64,000 bases of DNA from an uncultured Alphaproteobacteria bacterium (GCA_963701275.1 OY969582.1:2175344-2239343), one strand, 5' to 3'. Counted from the stretch's first letter, positions 43,651 to 53,130 are shown. Notes: generated by a model not told the origin, from the letters alone. Numbers and translations are program-made.

Positions 43651-44091
43651 CCTGGATTGGTCATGCGCGAGTCCAGATCGAACCCGGCGATGTCGTAGTG
43701 GCGCACGGGAACCTTTTTGCGCGAGGGCGACCGAGTCCGACCCATCGTGACCGGCGAAGCTGAGGCCTCATCGGAGAACGGCCGATAAGGCGGCTCGCCC
43801 GCCGCTGCCAGCGCGGCATCCAACTTTTCGTAAAGTCACTTCATTGAACGCAGCGCTGTGGCAGAAATGTATTCCTTCCGATGCAAGGCGACAAAACCAC
43901 TGGCAAATCAAATTTGAGCGCCGCCAATTGCGGCCAGAACGCGACTCATCGGCGCAGTCATCCACAGTTTCACGCAAATTTCCACTTTTGCAAGGATCAG
44001 CGAATGCTATCCTTGCTGCAAGAGAGTCAAGCTGATTCGTGTCTGTTGCGAGGCGTGCGGCGCAGCCGCAAGCTGATCGGCTTGAGCGTTC

Positions 44092-44706
44092 TTGGGAGCT
44101 GGTCCGTTGGGCAGCAGCGAATTCCAATCGGCGAACGGCAGTCTTCGCGCCGATGTCGATACAGCCACCGAGCACACCGGCGTCACAGGCGTTGAGCTTG
44201 TCGAGATTGCCGGGCGGATAAAATGGTTCGACGTGTCGAAGGGCTATGGCTTCATCGTGCCCGACAATGGCATGGCGGACGTGCTTCTGCATGTGACGAC
44301 GCTGCCGCGGGACGGTTTTCAGACAGCCCACGAAGGCACCCGCATCGTCTGCGAAGCGACCATGCGCGCCAAGGGCTTGCAGGTCTTCCGCGTCGTCTCG
44401 ATGGACGAATCGACCGCCGTCCACCCTGCGCAATTGCAGCCGGCGCGCACGCATGTGCAGGTCGTGCCGACCAGCGGCTTCGAGATTTGCATCGTCAAAT
44501 GGTTCAATCGCGTCCGCGGCTTCGGCTTTCTGTCGCGCGGCGACGGAACCGAGGATATCTTCGTCCACATGGAAACTTTGCGCCGCTACGGAATTGCCGA
44601 ACTGAAACCGGGCGACAGTCTTCTCGTCCGCTTCGGCGATGGCCCGAAGGGGCTGATGGCGGCGGAGGTCCGGCCGCTCGAAGCAGCCTTGCCTTCCTCG
44701 CATTGA
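44092..44706 (+). CDS. Two-domain cold-shock protein
   Basis: [13 protein letters not shown] and [13 protein letters not shown]...DIFVH. Confidence 0.93.
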   Translation: MGAGPLGSSEFQSANGSLRADVDTATEHTGVTGVELVEIAGRIKWFDVSKGYGFIVPDNGMADVLLHVTTLPRDGFQTAHEGTRIVCEATMRAKGLQVFRVVSMDESTAVHPAQLQPARTHVQVVPTSGFEICIVKWFNRVRGFGFLSRGDGTEDIFVHMETLRRYGIAELKPGDSLLVRFGDGPKGLMAAEVRPLEAALPSSH

Positions 44707-44769
44707 TCCGGCATGAGAGGCGCGGGCCGCGGCTTGTTCGAGGGCCGCCGCAGCCGAGATGCCGACGCG

Positions 44770-45280
44770 ATGATTGCCAATTCTCTATCCAAGTTAGGAC
44801 GCGCTGCTGGAAGCCGGCGGCATGGGCCGATGCGCCTTTGTCTTGTTGCCCTGGCCGCGGCCGCGATTTTGGTCGCAATCATCGCGAGGCTTCGCCGATG
44901 AGCGAACGGAACCTTCTCCATCGCCACCGCGAGCGGCACGCATGATTCTACGGTCGAAGTGATGCGAACCCAAGCCGAGCTGGAAAAGGGGTTGATGTTC
45001 CGCAAGTCGATCCCGGCCGATCACGGCATGCTGTTCGATTTCAAGCACGAGCAGACGGTGATGATGTGGATGAAGAACACATTCATGCCGCTCGACATGC
45101 TCTTCATGGCAAGACCGGCAAGGTCGTCGGCATCGTCGCCAACGCCGAGCCGATGTCGGAAAAGATCTTGACCGTCGGCGGTGCCGACCGACGCGGTGCT
45201 CGAGCTCAATGGCGGCGACGGCGGCGCGGATCGGCCTCAAGGTCGGCGACCAGGTCCGTGATCCGATTTTCAGCCCATAG
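44770..45280 (+). CDS. DUF192 protein (frameshifted; start uncertain)
   Basis: KGLMFR, GMLFDF, MWMKNTFMPLDMLF, AVLELNGG. Confidence 0.85.
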
Positions 45281-45324
45281 AGCATGATCCCGAAAAGTTG
45301 CAGACCGTGAGACAAGATCATGCG
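45278..45324. repeat. Partial Rhizobiales palindromic intergenic repeat (BRU-RS/RIME-like)
   Basis: TAGAGCATGATCCCGAAAAGTTGCAGAC...AAGATCATGCG; related copy at 57250. Confidence 0.6.
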
Positions 45325-45418
45325 CCGGCCTGCCGTGGCTTTGCGTCGACGCCTTGTTCGGCCCAGGGTGCCCATGGTAGCTGAAAACCGCGAAGCGGGC
45401 AGGGCGGCTTATGGCCTT

Positions 45419-45495
45419 CGGGGTATAGCGCAGCCTGGTAGCGCGGAAGTTTTGGGTACTTCAGGTCGCAGGTTCGAATCCTGCTGCCCCGACCA
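45419..45495 (+). tRNA. tRNA-Pro (TGG)
   Basis: 77-nt CGGGGTA...TGCCCCGACCA; anticodon loop TTTGGGT. Confidence 0.96.
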
Positions 45496-45535
45496 TGCTC
45501 ATGCCCGCACGGCTTTCTTTGGAGATTGGACGTTC

Positions 45536-45847
45536 ATGACCGCACGCATCTACCGCCCCAGCAGGACCGCGACGCAATCCGGCCAGGCGAGAACCAAGCG
45601 CTGGGTTCTAGAATTTGCGCCGGAATTCGCCGCCGCGAGATCGACCCCCTGATGGGCTGGACGGGATCGCGCGACATGAAGCGCGGCAAGTTCGGCTCCG
45701 GTTCGGTTCACAAGAGGAGGCGGTCGCCTATGCCGAGAGCAACGGCATCGCCTATCCTGCTCGAGGAGCCGAAAGCCGACCACCCGTAAACTGCTATCCT
45801 ATTCCGATAATTTCAAACCGACCCGCTTCGGCCAGTGGACGCATTGA
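45536..45847 (+). CDS. ETC complex I subunit (NDUFS4-like), frameshifted
   Basis: MTARIYRPSRTATQSG...IDPLMGWT...QVRL.F...EEAVAYA...YSDNF. Confidence 0.88.
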
Positions 45848-45882
45848 GCCGGCGTGGGCAAGGCGACTTGGCGCAGGCCACG

Positions 45883-45959
45883 GACCCCGTAGCTCAGCTG
45901 GATAGAGCAGCCGCCTTCTAAGCGGCAGGTCGCAGGTTCGAGCCCTGCCGGGGTCGCCA
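45883..45959 (+). tRNA. tRNA-Arg (TCT)
   Basis: 77-nt GACCCCG...CGGGGTCGCCA; anticodon loop CTTCTAA. Confidence 0.97.
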
Positions 45960-45963
45960 AAAA

Positions 45964-45976
45964 TATCAATGAGTTA
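45964..45976 (+). promoter_or_regulatory. IHF consensus site at the att junction
   Basis: TATCAATGAGTTA matches WATCAANNNNTTR. Confidence 0.6.
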
Positions 45977-46427
45977 AGCTGATTTCTGCTTAAGCGATTC
46001 GTAGCGAAAATCGATCCAGGGTAACGTTTGGGGTAACGCAAAAGTGATCGGAAATGCCCCGCACGCACATCTCAAGCGCCTGGGACTTTGTTGCGCAATT
46101 AGCACAGCTCTGGGCAATCCAACTCTTCTCCCGCGATCTCCATATTGTCGGCGCGATCGGCAGTCATCATTTGCCTTCCCAAGTATTGATTCCTCCATAA
46201 CTCTGATGCCGGCAGTTCCGCACTGCCGGCATTTTTGCTCACTCCACCCTCTCCATGACGCCCGCACCGCCCACCATCGCGCATCTAAGGGCCACGGCCT
46301 CGACGGTCTGTTCGTGCACTCTTTGTGAGCTAAGGGCTCGCACCTAAACGAGAATTTACCTTTCGCTCATAAAAATGACTCCCACCGCGCGTCTGGGTGG
46401 CTCCGGGGCAGTCTGCGGGAGATCACT

Positions 46428-46652
46428 ATGGCGCGACCTAACGAGTTGGGTATGTGGGAATTCTCGAATACTGAACGTCTCATAATGGCGCTAGACGATG
46501 CAGCGCAGCGTGCTTTCGCGGAAGGTATCCGCACTGGCAAGCATGGTGAGCCTATTCGCAACGCTTTGGCGCAGCACATACTTGAATTGGCGAGACACGG
46601 CCTGGACCACGAGTACCTGGTTGAAGGCGCCTTGCGGCGACTTTTGGATTAG
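46428..46652 (+). CDS. Small hypothetical protein
   Basis: GGGAG RBS; LAQHILELARHG..D.EYLVEGAL motif. Confidence 0.65.
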   Translation: MARPNELGMWEFSNTERLIMALDDAAQRAFAEGIRTGKHGEPIRNALAQHILELARHGLDHEYLVEGALRRLLD

Positions 46653-46811
46653 GACTGCCGTGTGGTTCAGTACCATCGCGAGGCCGAGCGCCCGTCACAT
46701 AAATGAAATATTAGAGAGCGAGGTCCCGGCAAGGGGAACGAGCCCACCTGCTATGCGATTGACTCGGCAATCGCGGCAGCGATGCCGCACGCGTAGCTCA
46801 AAGGTGTTCAG

Positions 46812-47072
46812 ATGAATTCCAAACTCCCCATTTTGCTGGCAGCCGGCGCTCTCCTCGCGGTGGCTCCAGCGGCATCCTCGACGGCTCAGTCGAGACCCAT
46901 GCATTGCCGGATGCCGGTGGTCCCCTATAGTGCCTATCAGGGGCCCGACGGGACTTATGATTCCCTTGCAGACTTCACCAGGGATCTGAAGGGCATTCCG
47001 TGCGGGATAAACTGCACGCGCGCGGCGCAGGCGCGTTGGGCCCGCTGGGCCCGCGACAATTGCGTCGGATAG
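46812..47072 (+). CDS. Small secreted Cys-containing protein
   Basis: AAGG RBS, Sec-like signal peptide, four Cys. Confidence 0.7.
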   Translation: MNSKLPILLAAGALLAVAPAASSTAQSRPMHCRMPVVPYSAYQGPDGTYDSLADFTRDLKGIPCGINCTRAAQARWARWARDNCVG

Positions 47073-47185
47073 CTTGCGGCCCACGCCACGGCCTCGAAGG
47101 TCCTCGCGCTCGGCGCGGAATCATCCGCAACTGAGGCTTTCCTGGCTTTCCTGCTTTCCCGTACTGTCCCCTCACGAGCTGGAGG

Positions 47186-47965
47186 CTAAGACCCAAAGTC
47201 GGCGAGAACGTCGATAAGCGGCTGCGGTTCGACTTTGACCGTGCCAGTGAACGGCATGTCGATTGCCACAATGATCAGCAATTCCGAAAAGATGAGGATT
47301 GACAGAATCCCCGTCATCATCATCTGCGCCCGCAGGTTAAGCGTGCCGAAGAAGAGCGTGAAAGCGATCGTCAAAACGGCACCGCCGAAAAGAACCAGCC
47401 ACACGATTCCGGGAACGGCGCCTTCGGCAGCGGTAAGCCTGGCACGGCGCGCCTGCGTGAGAACGTCGAGTTGATAGAAGATCTCCGACATCAGGGCGCT
47501 GTTGGACTGCTCGTGAGATTGAGCGGCCACGAGCGCGGTGTAGACCCCTTCGAGAGCCCGCAACGTGGACTTGCTCGCTTGACCGCTCTCCATCGCCTGC
47601 CATTCCTCCGTGGTGGCGGACTTGAGATAGATGGTCAGCGCAGCACGAAGCGCAGTCCCCTGCGTGTCGTCAATACCATGCGAGAGATGATAAATGGACG
47701 CGGCGGCGCCCGCCTCCTTTGCGATGGTCGAGTCGGCATCGGCAAATTTCTCCCAAACGACGATAACGGCGAAGGCGAGAAAGACCGCGTAGAGCACGCC
47801 GACGGTCGCGAACTTGAACCCGGCGACCTCGTTGTTCGTGGTCAATCTTTCCAAGGCCACATATCTGCGGACGAGACCAGGGCCTGACATGGCCACTACG
47901 GTCGTCAGTCCGACGATGATAAAGCCTGACAACCAGAGTGGCTGGCTGGTGAGAAAGGTGATCAT
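47186..47965 (-). CDS. DUF4239-like membrane protein
   Basis: VGVLYAVFLAFAVIVVWE, QARRARL, IDMPFTG.V.V. Confidence 0.85.
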   Translation of the reverse strand: MITFLTSQPLWLSGFIIVGLTTVVAMSGPGLVRRYVALERLTTNNEVAGFKFATVGVLYAVFLAFAVIVVWEKFADADSTIAKEAGAAASIYHLSHGIDDTQGTALRAALTIYLKSATTEEWQAMESGQASKSTLRALEGVYTALVAAQSHEQSNSALMSEIFYQLDVLTQARRARLTAAEGAVPGIVWLVLFGGAVLTIAFTLFFGTLNLRAQMMMTGILSILIFSELLIIVAIDMPFTGTVKVEPQPLIDVLADFGS

Positions 47966-48170
47966 GGTCGGGGATCCAAGGGCTGGAAAAGCCCAAGGCT
48001 ATGTCAGGCGCGAGGTCGCGTGCAAGCCGGCGGACGGCCGACGATCCTTAGAGCCCCTTGAACAGCTCCGGCGACAACCGCTCGGCGACGGTAATCGATA
48101 GCCGGGCCAGGCGCACAAAGCGGCGCGTGAGCCAGAGGCGCACCACAGGCAACTTCTGCTTCATCGACGC

Positions 48171-48557
48171 CTAATCCACCGGGTCTTTAATGCCGAACCT
48201 CGCCAGGTCGGCTTTGATGCAGCCGAAGAACGCGACTTGGCGGCGATCCGTCCATTCGCATTCGCCATCGCCATAGAAGTAGAATTCAGACGCCTGGATC
48301 TTTTGCCAGACCATGTAGGGCAACACGGCGGGCGTCACAAAAAGCAGCCGCGCGGCTTCATCCTCGCGGTCATCTCGTAGATCGCTAGCCTCGTCGTCGT
48401 CGGGGTGTGAAGGGTTAGCGGTGTCGCCGCGAGCGGCCAGCCAATTCGAATAAAGCTGATCGAAGTGTTTCTTGGCCTTTTGTCGCCGCAGTTCCAAGAA
48501 TGACGGTTGATCATCGGGCAAGCCTACGGCGGCTGCCGAAACGGGTGTGTTCGACAT
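48171..48557 (-). CDS. Hypothetical protein of mobile-element type, divergent from the XRE gene
   Basis: AAGGAG RBS then MSNTPVSAAAVGLP. Confidence 0.7.
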   Translation of the reverse strand: MSNTPVSAAAVGLPDDQPSFLELRRQKAKKHFDQLYSNWLAARGDTANPSHPDDDEASDLRDDREDEAARLLFVTPAVLPYMVWQKIQASEFYFYGDGECEWTDRRQVAFFGCIKADLARFGIKDPVD

Positions 48558-48643
48558 TGGATGCTCCTTGTCATCCGGAGATGATACGGATAATATCGAC
48601 TTCGACGCTGCAAAAGTCAATATCAAAATTATCAGGTTATTTT

Positions 48644-48886
48644 ATGCTGACGGTGGCACAGCTCCGCGCGGCTCGCGCTCTTCTCGGATGGTCGCAAGAC
48701 CAGCTCGCTGCAAAATCAGGGGTTTCGAAGCCGACAATTGCGCGGCTGGAGCTTGGCGTCGGCGCTGTGGGAGGCTATGCGAGTACGCAAGAAAAGCTCC
48801 ATCGCGCCCTGGAGGCTGCCGGCGTCATCTTCGTCGGCGAGAACGGCGAGGGTCCAGGCGTGAGGCTGAGGAAGAAGCGGAAGTGA
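48644..48886 (+). CDS. XRE-family HTH regulator
   Basis: QLRAARALLGWSQDQLAAKSGVSKPTIARLE...GVIF..ENG.GPGVRL. Confidence 0.9.
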   Translation: MLTVAQLRAARALLGWSQDQLAAKSGVSKPTIARLELGVGAVGGYASTQEKLHRALEAAGVIFVGENGEGPGVRLRKKRK

Positions 48887-49020
48887 GCGTAGCGGCCCAG
48901 AGGACAAGGATGAAAGGGCCTTGATTCGACGCTCAGCAGAGGTTTTCTTCTCATGTAGTCGTAGTGCAGTAATTCACCAAGCGCAGATAGTGCTGCATCG
49001 CTTCAAGTGAGGGCACCGAT

Positions 49021-49452
49021 ATGTACAAAAATATCCTGATTGCCACTGACGGCTCCGATCTTGCAGCGGGCGCGGTAAAGCATGGCGTTTCCTTGGCCAA
49101 GAGCTTGGCTGCCAAAGTGACCGCAGTCAACGTATCAGAACCTTTTCATTGGTTTGACCCCAATATGGTTGAAGGCGCCGAGGCCGCATACAAGGAGGGG
49201 ACGAACAAAGCTGCAGCGAGAGCGCTAGCTGCCGCTGTCGATGCGGCGAAGGAGGCAGGCCTCGGCTGCGAGACCGTTCATGTCGAGGCTGAGTACCCCT
49301 ACAAAGCAATTATCGCTACATCAGAGGCGAAAAACTGCGACCTGATCGTGATGGCGTCGCACGGACGCCGCGGCATTTCGGCTGCCGTCCTTGGAAGCGA
49401 GACAGTCAAGGTGCTCACACATTCCAAAATTCCCGTTCTGGTCTGCCGTTGA
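49021..49452 (+). CDS. Universal stress protein
   Basis: MYKNILIATDGS...DLIVMASHGRRG...LGSET...PVLV. Confidence 0.95.
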   Translation: MYKNILIATDGSDLAAGAVKHGVSLAKSLAAKVTAVNVSEPFHWFDPNMVEGAEAAYKEGTNKAAARALAAAVDAAKEAGLGCETVHVEAEYPYKAIIATSEAKNCDLIVMASHGRRGISAAVLGSETVKVLTHSKIPVLVCR

Positions 49453-49555
49453 GAGCGGCACGACCGCGGCCAGAAGCGCGAGACAAACGCTCCCGTTCTG
49501 AAATTTTCCGGTCACGGTGAAAGGGCGCTAAGAAATTATAATTTCGCGCGCAATC

Positions 49556-49990
49556 GTGATCGTAATTGCGGCCTTAGCAGCCTTCAGCGCGCATGCCCAA
49601 GACGTGCCGCCGGCCATTGACCTGCCGCTCAACCCGGCAGTTACCCAGGCGACGATCGGCGACACGATCTGCAAAGAAGGATGGACGAAGTCGGTTCGGC
49701 CGCCTTATTCGCTCAGCCACGGAATCAAGCTGGAAAAGCTTCGCGCCGCTGGGCTCACCGAGGCCGATAAAACCCGCTTCGAACTCGACCACCTGATCCC
49801 AATTGACCTTGGCGGCGCCGTCTATAATCCAAATAATCTCGCCTTGGAACCATGGGACGAGGCGAAACAGAAAGATGCTATAGAAGCCTGTCTTGCCGCT
49901 GCGGTATGCTCCGGCATGATAACGCTTGAAGCGGCCCGGCAAGCCATTTGGGACGATTGGCGCGGCGCCAGCCGCCTTTGTCCGAATTGA
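49556..49990 (+). CDS. Secreted HNH-like protein
   Basis: Signal-like N-terminus; ELDHLIPIDLGG...NL..EP...KD..E. Confidence 0.7.
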   Translation: MIVIAALAAFSAHAQDVPPAIDLPLNPAVTQATIGDTICKEGWTKSVRPPYSLSHGIKLEKLRAAGLTEADKTRFELDHLIPIDLGGAVYNPNNLALEPWDEAKQKDAIEACLAAAVCSGMITLEAARQAIWDDWRGASRLCPN

Positions 49991-50030
49991 GAGATGGTTG
50001 TATTTTGCGGGCCGCTCGATACGTCAGTTG

Positions 50031-50580
50031 TCAGGCCACATGGCAACTACAAATTTTGCATCCGCATCCAAGCCCCGTAAAATGACGAACACCGACGGTT
50101 CTCACCCCGACACGGTCGGCTCTATCGAATATTCGCGTAAACAGGTCATGTTCACCATTTTCTACGAACCGACGAAGCGCGTAGGCACAGAGATCAGCAA
50201 TTTGCACCATCCGCGTCAATTTGCTGTCTACAAAGAGCGGCGTTTCGATGATGCTTTCTATGTCCCTCCAAAGTGTTCCCTGCCGATGGAAATGCCACAT
50301 TAATTCGGTATGTTTTTTTGCGACACTTTCGTTGTTGTCATGAACCAACAGTCCTAGATTCTTAGGCGCGCCCGACTCCTGGGTGTTCACCAGATATCTA
50401 TCAAATCTCGTTACAACCTGTTCAAACGCCTGCTCATCTATGGTGCGCCCAATTCGAACAGGGTCAAAATGCACTTTGTCGATGCATTCTGCAAATAAAC
50501 GGGCAAATCCCCACCTGGAGACCATGTCGGCCACGTCTCGAACGGCTGACAATCGTTCCGCGAAAGTCAGGTGGATATAG
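50031..50580 (-). pseudogene. DUF3800-family protein, 5'-truncated at the att repeat
   Basis: IIETPLFVDSK..MVQIADLCAY (QxAD); N-terminal DESG-type motif absent; the apparent ORF start is tRNA-derived sequence. Confidence 0.75.
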
Positions 50581-50634
50581 CCGCCTTCTAAGCGGCAGGT
50601 CGCAGGTTCGAGCCCTGCCGGGGTCGCCAAAAAT
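50579..50634 (+). repeat. Duplicated 3' part of tRNA-Arg (attR-like)
   Basis: Exact copy of 45909-45964. Confidence 0.92.
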
Positions 50635-50993
50635 CAAGGCCTGCGCTCGCGATCGTGGGCGAGCTTCCCAAGACTTCCACGCGGGTGGAGGCCAGCCCGC
50701 TCGACAGTAGGAGCGGTGTTCCAGGCCGGAACATCGTGCAGCATCTGTTCGAATACGGCTATGGATGTTGGGCGGCATGGACGGAATCGCTCGGCCCAAT
50801 AGGCCCGCTCGAGCCCGAGAAGACTATGCGGGAGCACTATCTCACGTAACCTCACGCCAAGGCCGTAGGGCCAGTGCCGCAAGAGGGACCGAATGGTATA
50901 GACTTGCCCTAAGGTCAAAAGGTGCAGGTTGTCGTTGCCGCAGCCTTCCACAGGCTGCTTATTGACGCAAATGACAAGATCGCCTGGTTGCAT
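50634..50993 (-). CDS. Phage-like hypothetical protein
   Basis: GDLVICVN...LTLGQVYTIR...GVRL.EI...AERFRP...TSIAVF. Confidence 0.6.
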   Translation of the reverse strand: MQPGDLVICVNKQPVEGCGNDNLHLLTLGQVYTIRSLLRHWPYGLGVRLREIVLPHSLLGLERAYWAERFRPCRPTSIAVFEQMLHDVPAWNTAPTVERAGLHPRGSLGKLAHDRERRP

Positions 50994-51204
50994 CGGAGTT
51001 GCCTGGTGTCGCTGTCACTTTTGTGAAGCTGCTTCCTGCAACCCAGGGACAATATCACCAGCCTCTCTTGCAGGATAGAAGCAATTCTAATCCGCGACCC
51101 GCGGCGCCAGCCGCGGCTGACGCCGGGGTAACGCTCGCCCCGCCGGGGTCGCCGCGGGACCGCGAGGCCGGGCGTTTTCATTCGGTCGCGGCAGCGGTTT
51201 TGCT

Positions 51205-52671
51205 TCAATACTTGGCCACAACCGGGGCTGGAGCGGACCAATCGAACTTATAGACCAACCCGGCGGTAACGGTTTGCACATCAGGGCGGAACCTGATGTC
51301 GCTCTGCACGTCACTTCCGCGGGTATCGGGGATGTCGTGCGCCCCATATTCCGCGAAGCGATACTCGGTCCGCCAGAACCAGCCAGGAGCGAACATCGCT
51401 TCCACGCCGCCGCCGAGGAACCAGCCCTCGGTAGTGAACCCCGGCGTCGAATAGCCGGTGGCACCGCCGTTACCAGTCTCGACCATCTGCGTTCCGCTGA
51501 AACGTGCCTGGGTAAACCCTGCGTCTGTGTAAGAAAGGATTTCCGGCGTGATCAGCCAACCGACCCGCGCGCCGGCGTTCCAAGACCAATTCTCGGTCGT
51601 CGTCCCGGCTAACAAAGGATATTGATCCTGAATGGTTCCGCTGATCCCGGAAGGATCAAAATCACCAAACACGCCGCCCACGATATGACCCGTGAGCTGG
51701 TAGTCGAAACCTGCACCGACTGTTCCCACCGCACCTCTGCCGCCTTGCATCTGATTGACGCAGAGACGGCACGAACCTGTCGTCCCTGGTTCAAGAGTTG
51801 TCGTATTGGCGGTCCACATGCCATAGCCGGCCCCGATATCCGCGTAGAAGCCCGTCCAATTCGTGCCCGAGGCGGGCGCGGGAGCAAACAGCTGGAAGAT
51901 CGGCAAGGGCGGCAACGCAGGTGGCGCAAAGCCCGGCCAATTGAACTTGTAGACCAGCCCGCTAACGATCGTCTGCACGTCCGGATGGAACCTGATGTCG
52001 TCAGTTGCAGCGTTGCCGCTCGTATCCGCGATGTTGTGCGCATCATATTGCGCAAAGCGGTACTCGGTTCTCCAGAACCAGCCGGGAGCGAACATCGTTT
52101 CCACGCCGCCGCCAATGAACCAGCCGTCCGTCGTGAACCCTGGCGTCGAGTAAGGCGTGTAAGCGCCGGCAAAGGCGGACTGCATGGTCGTCGCGCCAAA
52201 ATGCGTCTGCGTGAAGCCGGCTTTGCCATAGGTCAGAACCTCGGGCGTAATCAGCCAGCCGAGACGACCGCCAGCGGCCCAAGACCAGTTTTCGTTTATC
52301 GTGCCAGCGAATTCCTGGTTCTGGTCCTGAATGGTGCCCCGCATACCGGAGAAATCGCCATCGCCGAACACGCCTGCAACGATGTGATCGCTGAACTGAT
52401 AGTCGAAGCCCGCGCCGATCGTGCCGAGAAAGCCTCTGCCGCCCTGAATTTGATCGGCGCAGAGATTGCAGATGCCCGTCCCGGGGAAGAGCAGTGTCGT
52501 GTCGGCGCTCCACATGCCATAACCGACGCCCGCGTTCAGATAGAGCCCAGTCCAAGTGGGCGGGGCCGCAGGGGGCGCCTTGTAGACAGGTGTTGACAGA
52601 TCTGCAGCGTGCACGGGACCCGTGGCACAGAACCCGAAGGAGACAGCGACTACAAAAAGCCACTTCTTCAC
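51205..52671 (-). CDS. Outer-membrane protein with two tandem Omp25/RopB-type beta-barrel domains
   Basis: GTG start with GAGG RBS, signal peptide, ADL..PVYKAPP; WTG.Y...GLVYKF.W unit present twice. Confidence 0.88.
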   Translation of the reverse strand: MKKWLFVVAVSFGFCATGPVHAADLSTPVYKAPPAAPPTWTGLYLNAGVGYGMWSADTTLLFPGTGICNLCADQIQGGRGFLGTIGAGFDYQFSDHIVAGVFGDGDFSGMRGTIQDQNQEFAGTINENWSWAAGGRLGWLITPEVLTYGKAGFTQTHFGATTMQSAFAGAYTPYSTPGFTTDGWFIGGGVETMFAPGWFWRTEYRFAQYDAHNIADTSGNAATDDIRFHPDVQTIVSGLVYKFNWPGFAPPALPPLPIFQLFAPAPASGTNWTGFYADIGAGYGMWTANTTTLEPGTTGSCRLCVNQMQGGRGAVGTVGAGFDYQLTGHIVGGVFGDFDPSGISGTIQDQYPLLAGTTTENWSWNAGARVGWLITPEILSYTDAGFTQARFSGTQMVETGNGGATGYSTPGFTTEGWFLGGGVEAMFAPGWFWRTEYRFAEYGAHDIPDTRGSDVQSDIRFRPDVQTVTAGLVYKFDWSAPAPVVAKY

Positions 52672-52874
52672 GGCTGCCCTCACGCCAATCCGGCATACTT
52701 CCGCAGGCGCCATTCTTCAAAATGGCGCTGAGTTTTCGACACGCCTCGATGAAGCATAGGTCACAGCAGGTTGCGATAATGTAACCTTTGCACCACTGCG
52801 GAGCGAATTCCGTGCAAGTTCGGACAGGAGTCCGCCTGCCTCTGGCGCCCGCCATCCCTAAAAAGTCCGGTTCG

Positions 52875-52889
52875 TTAATAAAGGATTAC
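52875..52889. promoter_or_regulatory. CtrA-like box in the omp/rlpA divergent region
   Basis: TTAA-TAAAGGA-TTAC (1 mismatch). Confidence 0.3.
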
Positions 52890-53130
52890 CGGCGGCCGGG
52901 CTTTGCCGTTTGTGTGGCCAGTCCTCGTGCCGGGGCGGCAACTTCTCGCGATTTCATAAGCTTGCCTTCTTTGGACCAAGGCGAGGGCAGGGGCGGCCGC
53001 CGCAATTTCGGCTGATTTTGCAGGCCCTGTCACAGCTTCGTTCGGTTCGCTGGCCTCGCGGCCGCAAAACTCTTAAAGTTTTAGCAAGCCGTCGCATGCA
53101 AGCCTCGCTCTTTATGGCGCGAGGCCCGAA

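Larger units (their letters stand above)
45909..50634. mobile_element. Integrase-less genomic islet at tRNA-Arg, bounded by a 56-bp direct repeat
   Basis: AGCCGCCTTCTAAGCGG...GGGGTCGCCAAAAAT identical at 45909-45964 and 50579-50634. Confidence 0.88.

Noticed and set aside
43755-43772. GAGGCCTC as the far att of the tRNA-Cys islet
   Set aside because: Only 8 bp and palindromic; expected by chance.
42481-48940. Additional FNR boxes before the second hdeD (42483) and the USP gene (48921)
   Set aside because: Half-site spacing is wrong in both (not N6).
45799-50630. Two ORFs sharing ATPAGLEPATCRLEGG, suggesting paralogous proteins
   Set aside because: The shared peptide is the antisense translation of tRNA-Arg and its att copy.
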